A stretch of DNA of 64,000 nt from an uncultured Actinomycetes bacterium (GTDB lineage Bacteria; Actinomycetota; Thermoleophilia; Gaiellales; JAICJC01): contig CAVWLK010000040.1 of NCBI GenBank assembly GCA_963755675.1, positions 57,584 to 121,583 of the forward strand, written 5' to 3'. The notes under the pieces are model-generated. The model saw only the letters and a program-made list of their open reading frames with translations. It was not told the origin of the DNA and ran no database searches. Numbering within the stretch: the first letter of the stretch is position 1; every line of letters starts with the position of its first letter. Positions 57,457 through 64,000 of the stretch are shown in pieces. The position numbers and the translations under genes were made by a program.

Positions 57457-57545
57457 CCGGTGGACGCTATCTCGAAAAGATGAACGAGCTCACATTCTGG
57501 CTGGTGAGAGCGTAACGACGGCAGGATGCGAGAGACTACGTCGCC

Positions 57546-58253
57546 ATGGAGACGCTCGAGCTGACACCTCTCAGCGGCAGCTATGCCGCCACGCGGGACG
57601 CCCTCCACCGGCTGGCCGTGTACGTGATCTCTCCCGCGCAACGGGTCGTCAACGGCGAGATCATCCTCCGCTCCTCCCCGGGCGGTTTCGCCACCGCGAT
57701 GCTGCCTGACGGCCAGATCCGTGTGGACGGCACAGACCTGGTCGCGGAGCGAAGTGGCCAGGCGCGGCGCACGGCGATCACAACGCTGAACGAGATGGCT
57801 GCGTTCGTGGGCATCGAGCCCGACGTGGGCCAGCAGGAGCAGTTCGACGTTCCGCCGTATGGCGATCTCGATCAGCTGCTTTCGGTCGACGCCGCCGGCG
57901 CCGCGGGTCTGGCGGAGTGGTACGCGTTCACGACCGGTCTCCTAGAGTCGCTGCGGGCGGACGCCGGGCCCCAGGACGACGTCTCGCCGGTCAGGATCTG
58001 GCCGGAGCACTTCGATGCCGCCATCGACCTCGGTGACCAAGCAGCGGACCGCCGCGGCACGTACGGCGGCTCGCCCGGCGACCGCCATCACGATCAGCCC
58101 TACCTGTACGTCTCTCCCTGGGCGGGCCGGATCGATGAGTTCTTCGGAGATCCCACGTTCAACGGCGCCTCTCTGACCCACACCGAGATCATGGCCGGCG
58201 CCGATCCGGCCGCCTTCCTGCGCGAGGGGCGGCGCCGCATCACGGAGCACTGA
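57546..58253 (+). CDS. Conserved-looking hypothetical protein
   Basis: 235-aa ORF with protein-like composition (IWPEHFDAAIDLG, HDQPYLYVSPW). I am not confident of any family assignment. Confidence 0.55.
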   Translation: METLELTPLSGSYAATRDALHRLAVYVISPAQRVVNGEIILRSSPGGFATAMLPDGQIRVDGTDLVAERSGQARRTAITTLNEMAAFVGIEPDVGQQEQFDVPPYGDLDQLLSVDAAGAAGLAEWYAFTTGLLESLRADAGPQDDVSPVRIWPEHFDAAIDLGDQAADRRGTYGGSPGDRHHDQPYLYVSPWAGRIDEFFGDPTFNGASLTHTEIMAGADPAAFLREGRRRITEH

Positions 58254-58256
58254 GGC

Positions 58257-58700
58257 TCAGACCCGGTCAACCTCGCCTGCTTCCAGCAGGCCGCCCAGCA
58301 CCACGCCAAAGACCAGGTGCCCGGCGACTTCCTGCGCGGCAGCGCGCGGGTTGGACGCGAGCGGCGGCCAGCGCCCGCTTCGAACGTCCGGATGCAGCCG
58401 ATCGACGATCGCCATCGCGGGCCAGAGGGCGGCGTTTTCGACCTGGGCAGCGAGGACGGCCGCCCGGATCCCGCGTCCGCCGAGCCGGTCGAAGAGGATG
58501 CCGAAGACCGCGCCGTTGGCCACGTGCACCGCCAGCCCCACCGGCAGCCAGAGACGCTCCGGCGCAAGCAGCCCGCCGACGAGGCGAAGCTCGCGATGCG
58601 TTCCCCCGCCCAGCGCCCGGCGGATGGCGGGCTCGGCCACGACCCACGCTGTGGCCGCGGCGGCTCCGGCGGCGGCCGCGCGCACGGTGCGATTCTGCAT
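58257..58700 (-). CDS. Hypothetical membrane protein
   Basis: Start at ATG 58700 gives 147 aa with 3-4 hydrophobic segments. Confidence 0.5.
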   Translation of the reverse strand: MQNRTVRAAAAGAAAATAWVVAEPAIRRALGGGTHRELRLVGGLLAPERLWLPVGLAVHVANGAVFGILFDRLGGRGIRAAVLAAQVENAALWPAMAIVDRLHPDVRSGRWPPLASNPRAAAQEVAGHLVFGVVLGGLLEAGEVDRV

Positions 58701-58813
58701 AGGCAACGCAGTATACGGTCCGCTGATCTGGACCACATCGCGCTGCGTGTCAGATTGCCAGCGATTGCCTTCCATCCCGGAGCATGGGACAATGCAGGCA
58801 GAAAGGCACACTC

Positions 58814-60274
58814 ATGGCCCCCGAACGCCATGGCTCCCTGACCGACGCTCTCGCAGCAGCCACACTGGCGCGGTCCGGGTTTCCATGGGAGGCCCTGCTG
58901 GAGGCCGTGCCGGCCGCGTTCTACGTCGACCGGATCGATGGCACCTCGCTGTGGGCGAGTCCCAACCTGGAGGCGATCATTGGCTGTACGCAGGACGACT
59001 GGGCGAGCGGCTACGACGCCTGGCTCGACCGCATCCATCCCGATGACCGGGCCGCCGCGCAGATCTCACTCGTCCAGTTTCTCGAGACCGGCAGCCCGCA
59101 GAGCGGCGAGTATCGGGTCGTGCTGCCGGACGGTCGCGTGCGCTGGATTCACGATCGGGCGCTGCTGATCGACCACGGCGACGGCGAGGAGCCGCTGATG
59201 CACGGCGTGCTGGTCGACGTGACCGAGCAGCGCACGGCCAGGGAGGTCGACGAGCGGGTCGGCCGTCTGTTTGAGAAGCTGATCGAGCACGCCCGCGAGG
59301 CGGTCACGATCGTGGATGCCCGCGGCGTCGTGATCTATCAGAATCCGTCGATGGGAGCTGTGGTGGGCAGAGCTCCGGAGTGGTTCGAGGGCCGCACCCC
59401 GCTCGACCTGATGCCGCCCGAGGACGCCGCCCGCGGGCGTGAGATCCTAGCCAAGCTTGCCGGCCGGCCGGGGGCCCAGCTGCCGGGCGAGTTCCGGCTG
59501 AAGCACGCCGATGGTTCCTGGCGCGTCGTCGAAGGTGTCGCAACCAACCTCCTGCACGACCCGGCCGTGCGCGGGATCGTGCTCAACTACCGCGACGTCA
59601 CCGACGAGCGCGATCGCCAGGCGCTCAGGGAGACGTGGATCGAGGGCATCATCAACGCCGAGGCGGCGCAGCGATCGCGAATCGCCGGGGAACTGCACGA
59701 CGACACGATCCAGGTGATGACAGCCTCGCTGGTCGAGCTCGATCGCACCGAGCGCCACCTCCGCGAGGGCGACGTGGAGGCTGCACGGCAAACGATCGCA
59801 AGTGCTCGCAAGGTGCTCCAGGCGGCCACGGAGCGAACCCGCAGGTTGACGTTCGAGCTGCGGCCACAGCTGCTCGACGCGGCTGGCCTGGGCGCCGCCA
59901 TCCGCGACATCGCAGACGCGCTGGCCCGCGACACCGGTGCCAACGTGACGGTCAGGACGCGCCTCACCCGGCATCCGCCGATGATCGAGACGCTCGCCTA
60001 CCGGACGATCCGCGAAGCGCTGATCAACATCCGCAGGCACGCGAACGCGAAGAACGTGAGCATCCGAGTCACCGAACGCCGCGGCGAACTGGTGGCGGTG
60101 ATCAGCGATGACGGACGGGGCTTCAGGCCGGGCCGGCGGTCGGCCACCTCGACTCACTTCGGGGTCGACAGCGCTCGCGCCAGAGTGCAGGCGGCAGGCG
60201 GCCGGTTCGAGATCTCCTCCGTGCCGGGTGAGGGGACGTCGGTCGAGTTCCACATCCCCCTGCGACGTTCGTAG
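58814..60274 (+). CDS. PAS-domain sensor histidine kinase (HisKA_3 + HATPase_c), no adjacent response regulator
   Basis: Two PAS modules (RIHPDDRAAAQ...EYRVVLPDGRVRWIH and VTIVDARGVVIYQNPS), H-box GELHDDTIQVMTASL, N-box REALINIRRHANA, then DDGRGF and GGRFEISSVPGEGTSVEFHIP. Confidence 0.9.
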   Translation: MAPERHGSLTDALAAATLARSGFPWEALLEAVPAAFYVDRIDGTSLWASPNLEAIIGCTQDDWASGYDAWLDRIHPDDRAAAQISLVQFLETGSPQSGEYRVVLPDGRVRWIHDRALLIDHGDGEEPLMHGVLVDVTEQRTAREVDERVGRLFEKLIEHAREAVTIVDARGVVIYQNPSMGAVVGRAPEWFEGRTPLDLMPPEDAARGREILAKLAGRPGAQLPGEFRLKHADGSWRVVEGVATNLLHDPAVRGIVLNYRDVTDERDRQALRETWIEGIINAEAAQRSRIAGELHDDTIQVMTASLVELDRTERHLREGDVEAARQTIASARKVLQAATERTRRLTFELRPQLLDAAGLGAAIRDIADALARDTGANVTVRTRLTRHPPMIETLAYRTIREALINIRRHANAKNVSIRVTERRGELVAVISDDGRGFRPGRRSATSTHFGVDSARARVQAAGGRFEISSVPGEGTSVEFHIPLRRS

Positions 60275-60940
60275 CGGCGACCGTTCACGCGCCGGTCCAT
60301 GACAAGCGCGGCACGCATCCGGTCGATCGCCCCGTCAGACACGCCCAGCTTGGCCAGGTGCGCCACCAGCTCGGCGCGCGCCTCCGGCCAGCGGCCGCTC
60401 AGCCATGCCCACAGACCGAGGCCGTCGATCAGGCGCGCCAGCAGCCTGGCCTCGAGCGCCACGTCCATCTCGCGGATCGCGCCCGCCTCGCGGGTGCGCT
60501 CGAGCACCGCTCGGATTTCCTGCTCCCAGAGCGCGTCGGTCTCGATCAGCTGGGAAGCGAAGTCGGGGTCGCGAGCCGCGTATGTCCACATCTCACACCA
60601 CAGACGCCACTCGCCGCGGCGCTTGGCGTCGTCGGGCAGCGCCGCCCAGACCAGTGCCTCAAGCTGCCGCTCGGGGGACTCCGCGCGCTGGATCGCTGCG
60701 CGCACCGCGGCAATCCAATCATGGGATGCCTCCACGAACGCTTCCACGATCACCGCCTGTTTATCGGGGAAGTAGTGGGTGACGACGCCGGTGGTGAAGC
60801 CGCCCCTCTGCCGCGATGTCGCGGAGGGTGGTCGCCTCGAGGCCTCGTTCGCTGATCGCCCGCCGAGCGGCGTCACACACGTCGCGGCGCCGGCGTTGGG
60901 AGCGGGTGGACCGCTCGGAGGTGGAGGGTGCTGACGACAT
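60154..60940 (-). pseudogene. TetR-family transcriptional regulator, one frameshift
   Basis: The HTH AARRAISERGLEATTLRDIAAE lies in ORF 60761..61273. After ~60806 the reading continues as GFTTGVVTHYFPDKQAV... in ORF 60154..60876. The annotated 3' end overlaps the kinase gene by 121 nt, so the true stop is uncertain. Confidence 0.8.
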
Positions 60941-61227
60941 CGGTGCTGGGACCGAGGGTATCAACACGTTGCGAGTGCCGCCAGAAATCGTCGTCAGCAG
61001 TCGACCGGGGCGGCGAAGTCGGCGGGCGCCGCCTTCCGGCTGACACGCGCTCGCGCCGGTCGAGTCTTGCCTTGGTGGTACGTGCAGCGCGTCCGTCCAA
61101 CCGGCCTCGGCCAGCCGCGGAACCTCCCAATCGTCCGCGATGCGGGGTGGGCTGCCCGTAATATTGGCGATGGGGCATTCTGCTCTACTCGTCGCGTTCA
61201 TAAGCAGGTTGTTAAGGAGCGAGGCAC

Positions 61228-62009
61228 ATGGATCTTGGCCTGAGCGGCTGCGTGGCAACGGTGGGTGGGGCATCGTCGGGGATGGGCCGAGCGGTGGCTA
61301 TCTCACTCGCCCGTGAGGGGTGCAACGTCGCCCTGTTCGCCCGCCGGCAGGAGCTGCTAGACGAGGCCGTGGCCGAAATCGAGGCTCTCGGCAGCGGTGC
61401 GCGAGGGCTTGCCGTGGCCGGTGACTCGGCTGATCCGGCCGACCTCGCGAGACTCGTCGATCGCACGCTGGAGACGTTCGGGCGGCTCGACATCGTCGTC
61501 AACAACACCGGCGGCCCGCCGGCGGGAGGGTTCGCGGACTTCGACGACGAGCAGTGGCGGCAAGCCTGGGAGCTGACGCTGATGTCGGCGCTGCGGCTGA
61601 CGCGGCTGGCCTTGCCCGCGCTGCGAAAGAGTGGCCGCGGCCGCGTCGTCAACATCACCTCGTCAACCGTGAAAGAGCCGAGCGAAGGGCTCGTGCTGTC
61701 CAACGCCTACCGCCCCGGGGTGATCGGCTGGGCCAAGAACTGTCTCAGGATGAGGGCCCGAATGGCATCACCGTCAACTCGATCGCGCCGGGCTTCATCG
61801 ACACCGAGCGCATGAAGCGGCTCTACGCGATGGGCGACGATCCGGCCGCCGCGCGAAGCGCCGACGAAGCCGCCATCCCGCTGCGCCGCTTCGGCGGCCC
61901 AGACGAGATCGGAGACGCCGTCGCCTTCCTCTGCTCGCAGCGTGCCGCCTACATCAGCGGCATCACGCTGCTGATCGACGGTGGCCTGGCGAAGGGGTTG
62001 CTGAGCTGA
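61228..62009 (+). pseudogene. Short-chain dehydrogenase/reductase (FabG-like), one frameshift
   Basis: The ATG is preceded by AAGGAG. Motifs are ATVGGASSGMGRA and NNTGGPP. The frame changes at ~61735 to give NGITVNSIAPGFIDTE...ISGITLLIDGG. Confidence 0.85.
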
Positions 62010-62034
62010 GACTCGAGCGCGTCCCTGGCGCCGA

Positions 62035-62953
62035 TCAGGACACTTCGGCCACCCACAGCATCGGATCACCTGCGCCGAGATCGTCGACGCCTGCGTCGAT
62101 CAGCGCGCCACAGACGAGGGTGCGGCGATGCGCGGCGAACGTGAGCACGTGGGCGATCATGCCGCCGTAGGTGAAGACGCGGGGAGGATCGCAGACGGTC
62201 TCGACGAACGTCTCATCGAGGCGCCCCTCGTCCGCGATCTCGCGTACTTGAAGAAGGAACGCCGGCCCCACCTCAGCCAACCGCGCCTGCATGCTCTCGA
62301 TGCTCTCGTTGCGCTCGACCGAGAAGTCGTAGTCGCGTTCATGGGTCGATGCGTCCCACATCGCCAGCTGGCCGACCAACCTCGACAACAGCGAGCGAAG
62401 GGTGGGATCGGAATCGATGCCATCCACCGAAAGCTCGACCGGAGCGTCGAGCACGTCGTCGGGCAGACCCTGCGCGCGCTCGATCATCTCGCCAACCAGC
62501 CACACGTGGTGCTCGACCATCCGGGTCAGCAGGTCCATGGCAGTCACCTTTCTGTCGCCGGAGATGCGAAGGCTCCCCGGAGGATTGAAGTGCACGCCGC
62601 TCGGCGCATCGATGCGAAACGGCGCCGGCCGCTGCCGCCAGAGCGACGGCGGCAGCCCATAGGCTCGGCTGAAGGCACGCGTGAACGCCTCGTGCGACGA
62701 GTAGCCGGCCTCCAGCGCGACATCGAGCAGCTCGCTCTGGGTGGTGAGCAGCGAGTGAGCGGCCCGTTCGAGCAGCACCCGCCGTCGCAGCGCCGCGGGC
62801 GGCTCCCCGGCTGGGGCGGCTGAGACGAGCCGATCGAAGTGGAACCGCGACAGGTGCAGCCGCGCCGCCAGCGCCTCACCCGTCGCTGTGGGTCATCGAG
62901 CGTCTCAGCCAAGGTTCCACGAAGCGGGCGAAGGTGTCGTGCGACCGGTTCAT
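62035..62953 (-). pseudogene. AraC-family regulator with C-terminal DinB-like domain, two frameshifts near the 5' end
   Basis: ATG 62953 (MNRSHDTFARFVE) is followed by LAETLDDP in a second frame. GEALAARLHLSRFHFDRLV...LDVALEAGYSSHEAFTRAFSRAYGLPPS then follows in the main frame. The C-terminal half reads DLLTRMVEHHVWLVGEMIERA. Confidence 0.8.
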
Positions 62954-63139
62954 CTCCGTGATGGTGCCACCACGGATGGACTCGCGCTTGATCGAGTTTG
63001 CTGACCTGCCGGATCGGAGGCGATCCAGTCTTCCGTAGTTTCCCTCGCGCAATCCCGTGTCTCCACTGATGGCGGGACGGCTCCCAGCGCCAAGAATCGA
63101 GCCGGAGACATCTTTCTCCATGTTCAAAAGGAGGTTGTC

Positions 63140-64000
63140 ATGTCCACCTTCGAAGCGGGCGAGGCCACCGTCCGCCCAAAGCTCAAGCGCTCCCTTGGAC
63201 TGTGGATGGCCACCGCCCTGGTGGTCGGCAACATGGTCGGCTCGGGCGTATTCGGCTGCCCGTCCTCGCTGGCTCCACCGGGCCGATCTCACTGGTTGGG
63301 TGTCACCGGAGCGGGTGCGATCCTGCTGGCTCTCGTATTCGCGAACCTCGGTCGCGCGTATCCGCAGACCGGTGGCCCGTACGCATACCCGCGCCGCGCG
63401 TTCGGCGACTTCGCCGGGTTCTGGACGGCATGGGGTTACTGGATCGCCGCCTGGGCCGGTAACGCCGCCATCGCGACCATCTTCGTTGCCTACGCGAGCG
63501 TCTTCTGGCCGCGGCTGGCGACCGACAACGTGGTCGCGTTCACACTCGGCCTGTCGGTGATCTGGCTGCTGACGCTGGTCAACATCGCGGGCGTCCGCGA
63601 GTCGGGCATCGTCCAACTGGTCACGACCGTGCTCAAGTTCGTGCCGCTGCTGCTGATCGGCCTGATCGGCCTCTTCTACATGAAGAGCGGCAACTTCACG
63701 CCGTTCGACCCCAACCACGTCCCCTGATCGGCCACTGGCACGCGATCACCTTTGCGGCCACGCTGACCCTGTGGGCGTTCCTGGGCCTCGAGTCGGCGAC
63801 CATCCCGGCCGAGGAGGTCAAGAACCCGACCAAGACGCTGCCGCGGGCGACCGTCCTCGGCACCGTGGCCACGACCGCCCTCTACGTGCTCGCCACCGTG
63901 AGCATCATGGGCGTGATCCCGGCGGCGACGCTGTCCGGCTCCGAGGCACCGTTCGCGGATGCCGCACGGCAGATCTTCGGATCGACCGTGCTGGGCGTCT
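63140..64000 (+). pseudogene. APC-family amino acid permease, frame-disrupted; 3' end beyond the window
   Basis: The ATG is preceded by AAAGGAGG. The N-terminus reads LKRSLGLWMATALVVGNMVGSGVF. There is a local excursion to another frame at ~63256-63300 (RLPVLAGSTGPISLVGW). GGPYAY... follows. A shift at ~63725 then gives GHWHAITFAATLTLWAFLGLESATIPAEEVKNP, which continues to nt 64000. Confidence 0.85.

Noticed and set aside
62954-63139. A possible riboswitch or leader upstream of the APC permease, in a 186-nt 5' region containing the hairpin GGAGA-CATCTT-TCTCC at 63104-63119.
   Set aside because: There is only one short 5-bp hairpin. I could not match the region to the glycine, lysine, guanidine or any other riboswitch consensus by eye. 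The region is also the divergent promoter of the AraC gene.

Overview
This is a GC-rich chromosomal segment (roughly 70% by eye, not computed) from a Gram-positive, Actinomycetota-like bacterium. Supporting signs are WhiA, HemQ/ChdC, frequent GTG/TTG starts and many 4-nt GTGA/ATGA start-stop overlaps. I saw no rRNA, CRISPR, transposase, integrase or phage genes. There are two tRNAs (Gly-CCC, Leu-CAG).

Gene content from left to right:
- a frame-broken Rieske oxygenase;
- a minus-strand regulatory block: two multi-PAS HisKA_3 kinases, a FliA/WhiG-type sigma factor, a NarL-type response regulator and a quinone oxidoreductase;
- argS, then DUF3467, an M48 protease, a phosphoesterase and an ECF sigma factor;
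- the conserved uvrC-yvcK-whiA-gap-pgk-tpiA-gpmI block, which lacks rapZ;
- an orphan three-gene TadE-like pseudopilin operon whose last gene is fused to an NlpC/P60 hydrolase;
- hemQ, an SDR, DUF2277, small membrane proteins, an MFS transporter, bcp and a CoA-transferase;
- a lower-GC patch after tRNA-Leu carrying orphan genes;
- an amine-type block: MarR, a PuuD-like amidotransferase, a class III aminotransferase, CBS, an APC permease, GntR and an amidohydrolase;
- a long plus-strand catabolic operon: FAH, extradiol dioxygenase, HpaB-type monooxygenase, ADC-family protein, SDR, ALDH, then P450 / glutamine-synthetase-like ligase / P450 / Rieske ferredoxin;
- a PAS-GGDEF cyclase, Fe-ADH, GNAT, a membrane-anchored Kelch plus NHL-like double propeller, a third PAS kinase, TetR, an SDR, AraC, and an APC permease that runs off the window.

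Key caveat: manual frame tracking finds roughly 50 single-base frame disruptions in otherwise well conserved genes, including essential pgk and uvrC. They often sit at short homopolymers and are strongly clustered: about 20 lie in 42.9-46.1 kb and none in the next 4 kb. I regard most of them as probable sequencing or assembly indels, so the label pseudogene is used only in the formal sense.

Most unusual candidates:
1. the TadE/TadE/TadE-NlpC/P60 operon (22.8-25.3 kb);
2. the translationally coupled P450-GS-like-P450-Rieske ferredoxin module (48.3-52.4 kb);
3. the kinase / FliA-like sigma / response-regulator operon, with a recently homogenised tandem PAS array;
4. a REP-like palindromic element present at two loci.

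All family calls come from motif recognition by eye. No database searches were run.
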